Source of the DNA: Woeseiaceae bacterium
Lineage (GTDB): Bacteria > Pseudomonadota > Gammaproteobacteria > Steroidobacterales > Woeseiaceae
Direction: 5' to 3'
DNA length: 64,000 nt
NCBI GenBank assembly: GCA_037968975.1
Contig: JBBKWL010000018.1
Location: 13,303-77,302, forward strand
Part shown: positions 1 through 8,708 of the stretch, piece after piece
Layout: each line of letters starts with the position of its first letter
How positions within the stretch are numbered: position 1 is the stretch's first letter
The notes under the pieces: model-generated
The model's database searches: none
Seen by the model: the letters and a program-made list of their open reading frames with translations, nothing else
What the model was told of the DNA's origin: nothing
Made by a program: the position numbers and the translations under genes

Positions 1-758
1 AAGGGTGCATCGCAGGCGATTCCGGTCAGCCTGCGCGATAGAAGCGCATCGTCCTTGTATGTCGCCAGCTTCTCGCCCAGTGTGTTTGAGCCGCGAACAT
101 TTACCTCGTGGACCTTGTCGAGATTGTCGTAGATTCCGTCCAAGCTGCCAAAGCGCTCGAGCAACACGGTTGCCGTCTTTTTACCGATGCCCGGCACACC
201 CTTGATGTTGTCGACCGCATCTCCGGCGAGCGCAAGAAAATCTGCGATCTGTTCGGGATGTACTCCAAATACGCCGCGAACTTCGTCATAACGGATTTTT
301 CCTTTGCCAGCGAAATCCCAGAAAATATCATTCTGAGAAACGAGCTGGGCGAGATCCTTGTCGCGCGTAACCACGGTCGACGGTCGCTGCACAGTGCGCC
401 CGTGTTCCACCAGAGTACCGATCAGATCGTCCGCTTCATAACGAGGGCTGCTGCTGTTCATGATGCCCAGTGCATTGGTAAAACGACGGCATTGGCCGAA
501 CTGGCGCTTCAGATCTTCCGGTGCCGGATCCCGATTTGCTTTATAGAGAGGATAAATCTCGCTGCGAAACGACTCCGTCATGCTTTCGTCAAACAGCACA
601 GCAATGTGCTCAGGATTCACTTGCTCAATAAAGTCCCCAAGAAATCGGCAAAACCCGTACAGGGCGTTGACCGGATGACCATCCTTACCAACCATGTCAT
701 CAGGCATCGAGTAGTAAGCCCGAAATACGTAAACACTGGCATCAATCAAATACTGCAT
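1..758 (-). CDS. 5'-3' exonuclease (FEN / DNA polymerase I N-terminal family); C-terminus runs off the window
   Basis: Not in the ORF track because it is open at the window edge. Hand translation from the ATG (rc of 756-758) gives MQYLIDASVYVFRAYYSMPDDMVGKDGHPVNALYGF...IYPLYKANRDPAPEDL...YEADDLIGTL...TRDKDLAQL...GVPGIGKKTATVLLERFGSLDGIY. This shows the PIN-like 5'-nuclease motifs plus an H3TH motif. The + strand ORF 108-842 is its antisense shadow. Confidence 0.85.
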   Translation of the reverse strand, partial: MQYLIDASVYVFRAYYSMPDDMVGKDGHPVNALYGFCRFLGDFIEQVNPEHIAVLFDESMTESFRSEIYPLYKANRDPAPEDLKRQFGQCRRFTNALGIMNSSSPRYEADDLIGTLVEHGRTVQRPSTVVTRDKDLAQLVSQNDIFWDFAGKGKIRYDEVRGVFGVHPEQIADFLALAGDAVDNIKGVPGIGKKTATVLLERFGSLDGIYDNLDKVHEVNVRGSNTLGEKLATYKDDALLSRRLTGIACDAP

Positions 759-759
759 A

Positions 760-856
760 AAACCAGGGACAGTTTACTCAAACCCCTTTTCCGGCAGCGC
801 AAAGCATCTGACCTGGCCGCGAATAAATTGGGGTTTGAGTAAACTGTCCCTGGTTT
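760..856. repeat. Palindromic repeat element, copy A: perfect 27-bp inverted arms around a 43-nt spacer
   Basis: Left arm 760-786 is aaaccagggacagtttactcaaacccc. Right arm 830-856 is its exact reverse complement. The 24-nt core aaaccagggacagtttactcaaac is shared with the element at 30833-30898. It lies between the HNH gene stop and the exonuclease start. Confidence 0.9.
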
Positions 857-1541
857 ATTCATGGAAGTGGACTTCTATTATTTCTTCGCCGTCCGCCAGA
901 TGACCTGACAGTCGTGCGTGTAGTGGGCTCGAGCGGGGAATGTGCGCCAGCAGGTATTGCATTTGATCAGCCAGGACGCGCCGACCTTTGAGGTATATGT
1001 ACTCTGCGTACGTGGGTGTAAACGGCACTGCAATCAGTTGCATTGCCGCCTGTTCCGGTGTGCGTCCACCCTTGTAGTTATTGCAGCGCCGACAGGCGGT
1101 CGCAACATTGCTCCACTTATCCGCGCCGCCCTGAGAAATTGGCGTAATGTGGTCGCGGGTCAGATCGCGCGTTGGATAGCGCATCGCGCAGTACAGGCAC
1201 AAGTTCGCATCGCGTTTGAACAGCGTACGATTGTTGAGCGGCGGAACGTATTGATCGCGATTGCGTGCGAGGCCGCGGCTGGTGCCATGCGTCGCAATTA
1301 TCGAGTTGACATCGATCTTGCTGCGCTCACCATCAAAGCTGCTAAAGCCGCCAAAAACGGTATACAAAAGAGTGCCGCAGTCGTACGCCACCTGATCGGC
1401 GTGGTACAACCGCACTGCCTCCCGGTAGTCGATCCACTCGAGCGGCATTCCGGCAACATCTGTTCGCAGCACTTGCTGCGAGATATCTGTGGCGATTCCT
1501 GCAAGCATTTGGCAAACCCCATCGCGCCTGACGCGATTCAA
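855..1541 (-). CDS. HNH endonuclease family protein
   Basis: 228 aa. The HNH/zinc-ribbon motif reads CLYCAMRY...TRDHITPISQGGADKWSNVATACRRCNNYKGGRTPEQA. Confidence 0.8.
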   Translation of the reverse strand: MNRVRRDGVCQMLAGIATDISQQVLRTDVAGMPLEWIDYREAVRLYHADQVAYDCGTLLYTVFGGFSSFDGERSKIDVNSIIATHGTSRGLARNRDQYVPPLNNRTLFKRDANLCLYCAMRYPTRDLTRDHITPISQGGADKWSNVATACRRCNNYKGGRTPEQAAMQLIAVPFTPTYAEYIYLKGRRVLADQMQYLLAHIPRSSPLHARLSGHLADGEEIIEVHFHE

Positions 1542-1552
1542 GGGTTTTGAGT

Positions 1553-2950
1553 TTAAAGTGCTTTCAGTACCGCGTCGAGGGTCTCTTTCGCATCACCGAA
1601 AAGCATGCGCGTATTCTCTTTGAAGAACAGCGGATTCTGTACGCCTGCATAGCCGGTCGCCATGCTGCGCTTGAGCACGATGGTCGTGTCTCCCTTCCAG
1701 CATTCGAGAACCGGCATACCCGCGATCGGACTGTCCGGAACTTCGAGCGCCGACGGGTTTACAATATCATTTGCACCGATCACAACGGAGACATCAACTT
1801 TCGGAAAGTCGTCATTGATCTCGTCCATCTCGAACACGATGTCGTACGGCACCTTCGCTTCCGCCAGCAGGACGTTCATATGTCCTGGCATGCGACCCGC
1901 AACCGGGTGAATACCGAAACGCACATTGATTTTCTTAGCCCGCAAGACTTTCGTAATCTCATATACCGTGTGCTGTGCCTGTGCTACGGCCATACCGTAG
2001 CCCGGAATGATCATTACTTCTTTGGCGCCCGCCAAAAGCGCGGCCACGTCCTGCGCATCTATGGGGACAACTTCGCCCTGCTCTTCGCCTTCGCCGCTCG
2101 ACGTTGCACCACCGCCGGTGCCGAAACCACCCGCGATCACAGCAAAGAATTTGCGATTCATTGCCCGACACATTATGTAACTCAGAATGGCGCCACTGGA
2201 GCCAACTAACGCGCCAGTCACGATCAGCAGATCGTTCTCAAGCATGAAGCCCGTCGCCGACGCCGCCCAACCCGAATAACTGTTAAGCATCGACACAACG
2301 ACCGGCATGTCGGCACCACCGATCGCCATCACCATGTGAATCCCGAACACCAAAGCGATAACCGTCATAATGATCAGAGGCTCAAGACCACCACCGGCAG
2401 CTGATTGAATAACGAACTCGCGACCGAACCAGATGGCTGCGACCAGCAGGCCGAGGTTGAAAATATGCCGACCAGGCAGTGTCAGTGGCTTACCGCCGAT
2501 GCGGCCGCTCAATTTGCCGAACGCGATGATCGATCCTGAGAACGTGACTGCACCGATCAAGATACCGAGATAGGTTTCGATGTCATGAATCGTTAATTCC
2601 ACGCCCGTGTGGTGCACGACCGGGTCCATGAAGTTTGCAAAACCGACTGTTACAGCGGCGAGACCGACCAGGCTGTGCAAACTCGCCACCAGCTCCGGCA
2701 TCTGCGTCATCTGCACGCGACGCGCCAAAATGATGCCTATGCTGCCGCCGATGACCAGCGCACCGAGCAGGATCTCGTAGTGCTGTGTTACGACACCGAA
2801 GATCGTTGCCAGCAACGCGATGGTCATTCCGACGATGCCGTACCAGTTGCCGCGGCGCGCAGTTTCCTGATTTGAAAGCCCGCCGAGGGCGAGAATGAAA
2901 AGTACCGTCGCAGCGATGTACGACACAGTTACTATGCCTGCGCTAATCAT
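1553..2950 (-). CDS. pntB: NAD(P) transhydrogenase subunit beta
   Basis: 465 aa. Multi-TM N-terminal half and a soluble dIII domain with [12 protein letters not shown]. It sits immediately downstream of pntA. Confidence 0.95.
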   Translation of the reverse strand: MISAGIVTVSYIAATVLFILALGGLSNQETARRGNWYGIVGMTIALLATIFGVVTQHYEILLGALVIGGSIGIILARRVQMTQMPELVASLHSLVGLAAVTVGFANFMDPVVHHTGVELTIHDIETYLGILIGAVTFSGSIIAFGKLSGRIGGKPLTLPGRHIFNLGLLVAAIWFGREFVIQSAAGGGLEPLIIMTVIALVFGIHMVMAIGGADMPVVVSMLNSYSGWAASATGFMLENDLLIVTGALVGSSGAILSYIMCRAMNRKFFAVIAGGFGTGGGATSSGEGEEQGEVVPIDAQDVAALLAGAKEVMIIPGYGMAVAQAQHTVYEITKVLRAKKINVRFGIHPVAGRMPGHMNVLLAEAKVPYDIVFEMDEINDDFPKVDVSVVIGANDIVNPSALEVPDSPIAGMPVLECWKGDTTIVLKRSMATGYAGVQNPLFFKENTRMLFGDAKETLDAVLKAL

Positions 2951-2957
2951 GCCGACC

Positions 2958-4493
2958 TCACTTGCGGAACATTTCGAGCATACGTCGCGTGACGGCGAAG
3001 CCGCCCGCGATGTTGATACTCGTTAATAAGACAGTGAATGCAGCGATCCACATGATGACTTCGTTCGCCGAACTGATCTGTAGCAACGCGCCGATAATGA
3101 TGATGCTGGAAATTGCGTTGGTCACACTCATCAAGGGTGTATGCAAAGCCGGCGATACGTTCCAGATCACCATATAGCCTACGAAACACGCGAGTACGAA
3201 AACCGTGAAATGCGCCATGAACGATTCGGGCGCAACGGCTCCAAGGCCGAGCAACGCAAGGCCGGCGACCAGCGTCGCTATGATCGGGCCGGCGACTGAT
3301 GACTTCTCTTCGGCAATGACCGGCATCGGAGCCGGCTCGGTCGCTTGCTTCGGCGCTGCTGACAGCTTCGGCACAGGCGGCGGCCAGGTCGTTTCGCCAC
3401 CTTTGCAGACCGTTACCCCGCGGATGACTTCATCGTCAAAATTGACATCGATCTCGCCGTTCTTTTCCGGGCTGAGCTCTGTCAGAAGGTGGCGCAGATT
3501 CGTGCCGTAGAGCTGGCTGGCTTGCGCCGCCAAGCGGCTTGGCAAATCTGTATAACCAATTATCGACACTCCGTTGCGTACGACGACCTGATCTTTTTCC
3601 GTCAGCTCGCAATTGCCACCTTGTTCCGCCGCCAGATCGACAATCACACTGCCGTCCTGCATCGACTCGACCATCGCGGCCGTAATCAATCGCGGTGCAG
3701 GCTTGCCCGGGATCAATGCCGTCGTAATGATGATGTCGACCTCTTTCGCCTGTTCAGCAAACAGGGCCATCTCGGCTTCGATGAACTCGGGGCTCATCGT
3801 TTTGGCGTAGCCGCCTTCGCCGGAACCGTCCTCATCATCGAACTCGAGCATCAGAAACTCTGCGTCCATGCTCTCGACTTGCTCTTTGACTTCCGGTCGT
3901 GTGTCAAAGGCACGAACAATCGCGCCCATGCTCTTGGCCGCGCCGATTGCGGCGAGACCGGCGACTCCAGCGCCGATGACCATGACTTTTGCAGGCGGCA
4001 CCTTGCCGGCCGCAGTTATCTGACCGGTGAAGAAACGGCCGAAATGCTGTGCAGCTTCCACCACTGCACGATAGCCAGCGATGTTCGCCATCGAGCTCAG
4101 TGCATCCATTTTTTGCGAGCGCGAGATGCGCGGCACGCTGTCCATGGCCATAACGGTAGCGCCGCTCTCTGTGAGCTGTTTGAGCAGCTCCGGATTTTGC
4201 GCCGGCCACAGGAAACTGATCAGTGTTTTATTCTTGTTCAGCAGTACCGCTTCAACGGTCTCCGGAGCGCGAACCTTGAGGATAATGTCTGCGCCGGCCC
4301 ACAACTCTTCACTGGTCGCGACGACCTCGCAACCTGCTGCCGCAAACGCCGCGTCGGAATAGCTGGCTGCCGCGCCAGCATCCTTTTCGATGGTGACGGA
4401 AAAGCCCAGTTTCATGAGTTGAGACGCCACATCCGGCGTCGTCGCAACGCGTCGCTCGCCCGTATGTATTTCTCTCGGTACACCGATTCGCAT
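2958..4493 (-). CDS. pntA: NAD(P) transhydrogenase subunit alpha
   Basis: 511 aa. Alanine-dehydrogenase/PNT N-terminal domain ([17 protein letters not shown]), Rossmann motif [22 protein letters not shown], and C-terminal TM helices. Confidence 0.95.
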   Translation of the reverse strand: MRIGVPREIHTGERRVATTPDVASQLMKLGFSVTIEKDAGAAASYSDAAFAAAGCEVVATSEELWAGADIILKVRAPETVEAVLLNKNKTLISFLWPAQNPELLKQLTESGATVMAMDSVPRISRSQKMDALSSMANIAGYRAVVEAAQHFGRFFTGQITAAGKVPPAKVMVIGAGVAGLAAIGAAKSMGAIVRAFDTRPEVKEQVESMDAEFLMLEFDDEDGSGEGGYAKTMSPEFIEAEMALFAEQAKEVDIIITTALIPGKPAPRLITAAMVESMQDGSVIVDLAAEQGGNCELTEKDQVVVRNGVSIIGYTDLPSRLAAQASQLYGTNLRHLLTELSPEKNGEIDVNFDDEVIRGVTVCKGGETTWPPPVPKLSAAPKQATEPAPMPVIAEEKSSVAGPIIATLVAGLALLGLGAVAPESFMAHFTVFVLACFVGYMVIWNVSPALHTPLMSVTNAISSIIIIGALLQISSANEVIMWIAAFTVLLTSINIAGGFAVTRRMLEMFRK

Positions 4494-4528
4494 ACAAGTA
4501 TCTCCGCTTGGAATCGGCGTACTCTACC

Positions 4529-4558
4529 AAAAAAAAGGACGCCGGCAGGCGTCCTTTT
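4529..4558 (-). terminator. Rho-independent terminator after the DUF3106-like gene
   Basis: On the minus strand: aaggacgcc-tgcc-ggcgtcctt followed by a T8 run (A-run 4529-4536 on the + strand). Confidence 0.7.
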
Positions 4559-4561
4559 CGA

Positions 4562-5035
4562 TTAATCGCGAGACGCTGGCTGCGGCCGTCTGTCCGTCAT
4601 GCGGTCCCGCAACCGCTTCCGTTGCTCCGGCGTCAGGTCCCGAAAGCGTTCGCGCAGCTTTCTGCGACGATCTGGCGGCATCTCCTTGAAGCGGCGGAAA
4701 TTTTCCTTAACGCGCCGTTGGTCGGCCGGCGACATGTCACGAAACTCACCGTAACGCTTGCGAATTTGTTCGCGTTGCGTGTCCGTCAGTTTGCGCCAGC
4801 TATTAAAGCGCTGCTGCGCATCTTCGCGCTCCGCGCCGGACATTTGTGTCCAGCGATCTGCGCCAATGGCTAGTTGCTCTTGTCGCTGCGGCTCAAGCTG
4901 ATCCCAACCTTCAGAGTAGGTACTCAGCACCTTCTTCTGATCGTCACTCAGTCCGTCCCAGTGCACGCCATCGTCAGCATTCACCGTGCTCCAGGCCAGC
5001 AGCGCTGCAATAGCGATTATGTGTTTAGCTTTCAT
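4562..5035 (-). CDS. Exported repeat protein, DUF3106-like (last gene of an ECF sigma module)
   Basis: I start it at MKAKHIIAIAALLAWSTVNA (signal peptide; ATG is rc of 5033-5035). It has repeated W..L....R / ...QR..R helical units (RWTQMSGAEREDAQQRFNSWRKLTDTQREQIRKRYGEFRDMSPADQRRVKENFRRFKEM). The family name is from memory. Confidence 0.7.
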   Translation of the reverse strand: MKAKHIIAIAALLAWSTVNADDGVHWDGLSDDQKKVLSTYSEGWDQLEPQRQEQLAIGADRWTQMSGAEREDAQQRFNSWRKLTDTQREQIRKRYGEFRDMSPADQRRVKENFRRFKEMPPDRRRKLRERFRDLTPEQRKRLRDRMTDRRPQPASRD

Positions 5036-5270
5036 CACGTTTCTCCGTCGACTCTTCACCTTCCGGCGCGGGTTCGCTCCGCTGCTGGTCCTGGTTGTCG
5101 GCATTGAGCGGGTCATTGAACATCACCCAATCTTCATCCGATTCTTCCCAAAGTCCCAGGTACTCCAAAAATTCGATTTCCGGCAGTTCTTCATCGGCTA
5201 CGACCACAACACTGCAGGCAAGCAATAAGAAGACCGTCATTGGTCGGCTAGCCAACATTGCCACCCGCAT
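5025..5270 (-). CDS. Small acidic exported protein (hypothetical)
   Basis: Hydrophobic leader MTVFLLLACSVVVVA, then a very acidic tail (EELPEIEFLEYLGLWEESDEDW...EGEESTEKRDES). The start is ambiguous (ATG at 5270, 5258 or 5240). It overlaps the next gene's start by 11 nt. Confidence 0.45.
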   Translation of the reverse strand: MRVAMLASRPMTVFLLLACSVVVVADEELPEIEFLEYLGLWEESDEDWVMFNDPLNADNQDQQRSEPAPEGEESTEKRDES

Positions 5271-5691
5271 CCAGGTCGGCGGCATCCATCCAACTGTAAA
5301 ACTCGAGATCCTCCAGCATCTCCAGACTCTCGCCTTGCAGAAGAATTTCGAAATCGGAAACCACTTCAACCGGCATGCTTTCGAGTTCCGGTCCGCGCAT
5401 CACGATTATGCTGACCAAAGCTGCCGCAGCGATGCCGCCTGCCGGCACCCAACGAACCCAGGCAGCCCTGTGCCTGCCACCGGCCAACTGCTCCAATGCT
5501 GCATGCCGGCCCTGGTTGAGACGCGATAATGCGGCGGCATCGAGACGCTCGACGCTAGCGTCGAAGACGCTTTTTGCCTGCGCCGCAAAATCGTCGCTAT
5601 CGATTGCCTTGTTGCCGCCCGGTGTGTTGCCACCTGGTTTGTTAGCACCTGGTTTGTTATCACCTGGTTTGTTATCAATAGGCTCGTTCAT
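5248..5691 (-). CDS. Putative membrane-anchored anti-sigma partner (DUF3619-like)
   Basis: 147 aa. Its ATG overlaps the sigma gene stop (5688-5691). One central TM helix (WVRWVPAGGIAAAALVSIIVM). The N-terminus has NKPG-type pentapeptide repeats. Assignment rests on position and topology only. Confidence 0.55.
   Translation of the reverse strand: MNEPIDNKPGDNKPGANKPGGNTPGGNKAIDSDDFAAQAKSVFDASVERLDAAALSRLNQGRHAALEQLAGGRHRAAWVRWVPAGGIAAAALVSIIVMRGPELESMPVEVVSDFEILLQGESLEMLEDLEFYSWMDAADLDAGGNVG
5616..5675. repeat. 15-bp tandem repeat (about 4 units) encoding the NKPG(D/A/G) pentapeptide repeats
   Basis: cacctggtttgttag / cacctggtttgttat / cacctggtttgttat, preceded by the degenerate unit cgcccggtgtgttgc. 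Confidence 0.8.
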
Positions 5692-6305
5692 TGCCAGTGT
5701 TCTCCTAACTTGTCCCGCAAGGTGTGAACCGCACGGGAATAGTGTGTCTTGACGCTGCCTTCAGAACAGCCCATTGCAACTGCTGTTCCGGCAACATCCA
5801 GCCCTTCAAATGTACGTAACATGAATGCTTCACGTTGTCGGCCAGGCAGTGCATGTACGGAACTTTCAAGTTTTCGCATTGCCTGCCCGGTTTGCAATTC
5901 CTGCTCCGGCGACCGGCCTGCGAGATCAGGAGCAGAGGCAACCACGTCGTATTCGTCGTCGCCCGATTTACCGCGTCCAAACCACACCATGACGCGGTTC
6001 TTAACCTTCTGACGGCGATGCCAGTCGCGAATTCCGTTTTGCAAGATGCGATAGAACAGTGGCGTCCATTCTGCTTCCGGGCGGCTGGCGTAATTGTTCA
6101 CCAGTTTGATCATGGCATTTTGCACCAGGTCCAGCGCCTCATCGCGATCACGAACCGCGATCTGTGCGATACGCAACGCTCGCCGCTCAACTTCGGCAAG
6201 GAACTGATTTAGTTGGCGTTCGCGTTGCAGCGTACCTGCCCCTGTTGATGGCTCGCGCATGCACGATACCGCAAAATAACCTGTATTGGCTTCGATCAGC
6301 TCCAT
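5688..6305 (-). CDS. ECF-type RNA polymerase sigma-70 factor
   Basis: Region 2 (ALDLVQNAMIKLV...LFYRILQNGIRDWHRR) and region 4 HTH (REAFMLRTFEGLDVAGTAVAMGCSEGSVKTHYSRAVHTLR). Start chosen at ATG 6305 because AGGAGG lies 9 nt upstream. An alternative ATG is at 6260. Confidence 0.85.
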   Translation of the reverse strand: MELIEANTGYFAVSCMREPSTGAGTLQRERQLNQFLAEVERRALRIAQIAVRDRDEALDLVQNAMIKLVNNYASRPEAEWTPLFYRILQNGIRDWHRRQKVKNRVMVWFGRGKSGDDEYDVVASAPDLAGRSPEQELQTGQAMRKLESSVHALPGRQREAFMLRTFEGLDVAGTAVAMGCSEGSVKTHYSRAVHTLRDKLGEHWQ

Positions 6306-6482
6306 CTGGCCCGTCCTCCTGTCTGCAATCACGGCTCCACGACACGGTCCAATCTGTGTCACTCTTATATAACGCCGGATTGAGCAAGCGGTTGACAGCC
6401 AGATCAAGCCGGATTTGGCAGCGCATTATGTAAAATACATTCGGTTTTGTTTATCGTAACTTATTGATTATATTAACTATCT

Positions 6483-8690
6483 GTGGCTAACCCGACAATC
6501 CTCAAGGTTGCTGTCAGCGTGCCGCTGTCGCGACTCTTCGACTACTTGCCGCCAGCGGGCACAGAGCCAGCGTTACCTGGCTCGCGGGTCGCTGTGCCCT
6601 TCGGTCGGCAGAAGCTTGTCGGCATGGTCATGGCTCACGACGACTCGAGTGAGCTGCCAGGCAACAAGATTCGGCATTGCACCGCCGTCCTGGACCGCGT
6701 GCCGCTACTGTCGGCCGACGATCTGCGACTGATCGCATTCACCAGCAGTTACTACCACCACCCGATCGGCGAAGTCGTCGCTGCCGCACTGCCTGGACTG
6801 CTGCGTGCGGGCAAAGCACTGCTGCCAATGCTGCAGTTTGTCGCTGTCAGTGACGCCGGTGCCGCAGCGGACATCGACGTCCTCGCCAAGCGCGCTCCGC
6901 GCCAGGCAGAGCTCGTAGAACATTTGCTGGACGCCGGTGGCGACGGCATCCAGGTCGACCTGCTCACCGAGCAACTGCCGAACTGGCGCAGGGCCGCAAA
7001 AGGTCTCTTTGAGAAAGGCCTGATTGTGCGTTTCGAAGCCAAAGCCGAGCCTGACTCGCTCGAATGCGATGTCGCCGCGTCACCGGGGCCGATACTCAAT
7101 GAGGATCAGCAACGCGCACTGGAGGTGTTGCGGGCGCGTGCCGGGTTCGGCGCGTTCGTGCTCGACGGAGTCACCGGCAGTGGTAAGACCGAGGTCTATC
7201 TGTCACTGATTCGCGAGGTGCTGGACGCTGCACAACAAGTACTCATTCTCGTACCGGAAATTGGCCTCACGCCGCAGTTAGTGAATCGCCTGCGGCAACG
7301 TCTTGGTGTCGAGCCCGCTGTACTGCATTCCGGCCTTGGCGACCTCGAGCGCCTGAATGCCTGGCGCAATGCGCAGCAGGGGCGAGCCGGACTTGTCGTG
7401 GGTACCCGCTCGGCCGTATTCACGCCACTGCCAAACCTCGGGCTGATCGTGGTCGATGAAGAACACGATCACTCGCTAAAGCAACAGGAAGGTCTGCGCT
7501 ACTCGGCGCGCGATCTTGCGATCGTACGTGCGAGGAACAATGCTGTGCGCGTCATCCTGGGCTCGGCAACACCCACGCTGGAAACCTTGCAACACTGTCG
7601 CGATGGCAATTTCACCCATATTGAATTGCCGTTCCGCGCCGGCGGTGCGAAACCGCCAACGCTCCGGCTGGTCGATCTCAGCAGGTCTGCCAGTACCGAT
7701 GGCCTGAGCGACGTACTCGTCACGGCGATCGAAAAACACCTGCAGGCAAATGGGCAGGTGCTGTTGTTCCTTAACCGGCGTGGCTTTGCGCCGACACTGA
7801 TCTGTGCACACTGTGGCCACATGGCCGAATGCACACGTTGCGATTCGCGGATGACGGTGCACGCACGCGCGCAGGCGCTGCGTTGCCATCATTGCGGCTC
7901 GCAGGCACCGCTGCCCGCAGCATGCTCAGAGTGCGGTGCCGAGGTGCGGCCACTGGGAGAGGGCACTGAGCGACTTGAAGATGCGCTGATTCCGAAATTT
8001 CCCAGGCACCGCGTGCAACGCATTGACAGTGACAGCACGCAGGCGCGTGGTGCGATCGAAGCGGCACTGGCGAGTGCAGAACAAGGCGATGCCGATATCC
8101 TGGTGGGAACCCAGATGTTGTCCAAAGGGCACCACTTTCCGAAGCTGACCCTGGTTGGCATTATCAATGCGGACCAGGGACTGTTCGGCGCCGATTTTCG
8201 ATCGGCGGAACGACTCGCACAGTCCATTGTGCAGGTCGCCGGGCGCGCCGGCAGGGAATCGCGGCAAGGCGAAGTGCTCATACAAACGGCGTTCCCTGAG
8301 CATCCGTTCTGGCAGTCCCTGATCGAAGGCGGTTATCCGCGCGTTGCGGATGAGTCACTCGCGGAGCGGGCGGAATCACGCTGGCCTCCGTTCACGCGGC
8401 TCGCATTGCTGCGTTCCGCCGCTCATCGTCAGGAGGATGCGCTGTCGTTTCTGCAACGTGCCGCCGAACTCATCGCGCTCGAAAAATCTGAATATTTGCG
8501 AGTTCTGGGCCCGGTAAATGCACCGATGGCGAAGAAAGCAGGGCGCTACCGTGCCCAGCTGCTGGTGCAAAGCAGCGACCGCAAAACGCTGCACGCTCGA
8601 CTCGCGACGCTGCGGCCCGCCTTAGAGGCGGAGCCGTCGGCACGCAAAGTGCGCTGGTCAATCGACGTCGATCCGATCGAGCTGTTTTGA
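6483..8690 (+). CDS. priA: Primosomal protein N' (replication restart helicase)
   Basis: 735 aa. Walker A GVTGSGKTEVY, DEAH-like VVDEEHD, and Cys-rich zinc region CAHCGH..CTRCDS..CHHCG..CSECG. Confidence 0.95.
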   Translation: MANPTILKVAVSVPLSRLFDYLPPAGTEPALPGSRVAVPFGRQKLVGMVMAHDDSSELPGNKIRHCTAVLDRVPLLSADDLRLIAFTSSYYHHPIGEVVAAALPGLLRAGKALLPMLQFVAVSDAGAAADIDVLAKRAPRQAELVEHLLDAGGDGIQVDLLTEQLPNWRRAAKGLFEKGLIVRFEAKAEPDSLECDVAASPGPILNEDQQRALEVLRARAGFGAFVLDGVTGSGKTEVYLSLIREVLDAAQQVLILVPEIGLTPQLVNRLRQRLGVEPAVLHSGLGDLERLNAWRNAQQGRAGLVVGTRSAVFTPLPNLGLIVVDEEHDHSLKQQEGLRYSARDLAIVRARNNAVRVILGSATPTLETLQHCRDGNFTHIELPFRAGGAKPPTLRLVDLSRSASTDGLSDVLVTAIEKHLQANGQVLLFLNRRGFAPTLICAHCGHMAECTRCDSRMTVHARAQALRCHHCGSQAPLPAACSECGAEVRPLGEGTERLEDALIPKFPRHRVQRIDSDSTQARGAIEAALASAEQGDADILVGTQMLSKGHHFPKLTLVGIINADQGLFGADFRSAERLAQSIVQVAGRAGRESRQGEVLIQTAFPEHPFWQSLIEGGYPRVADESLAERAESRWPPFTRLALLRSAAHRQEDALSFLQRAAELIALEKSEYLRVLGPVNAPMAKKAGRYRAQLLVQSSDRKTLHARLATLRPALEAEPSARKVRWSIDVDPIELF

Positions 8691-8708
8691 TGTAGAATCG
8701 CCACCCCG

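Noticed and set aside
108-842. 244-aa + strand ORF at the window start
   Set aside because: Its sequence is not protein-like. The opposite strand encodes a clear 5'-3' exonuclease (PIN/H3TH motifs) across the same span, so this is an antisense shadow.
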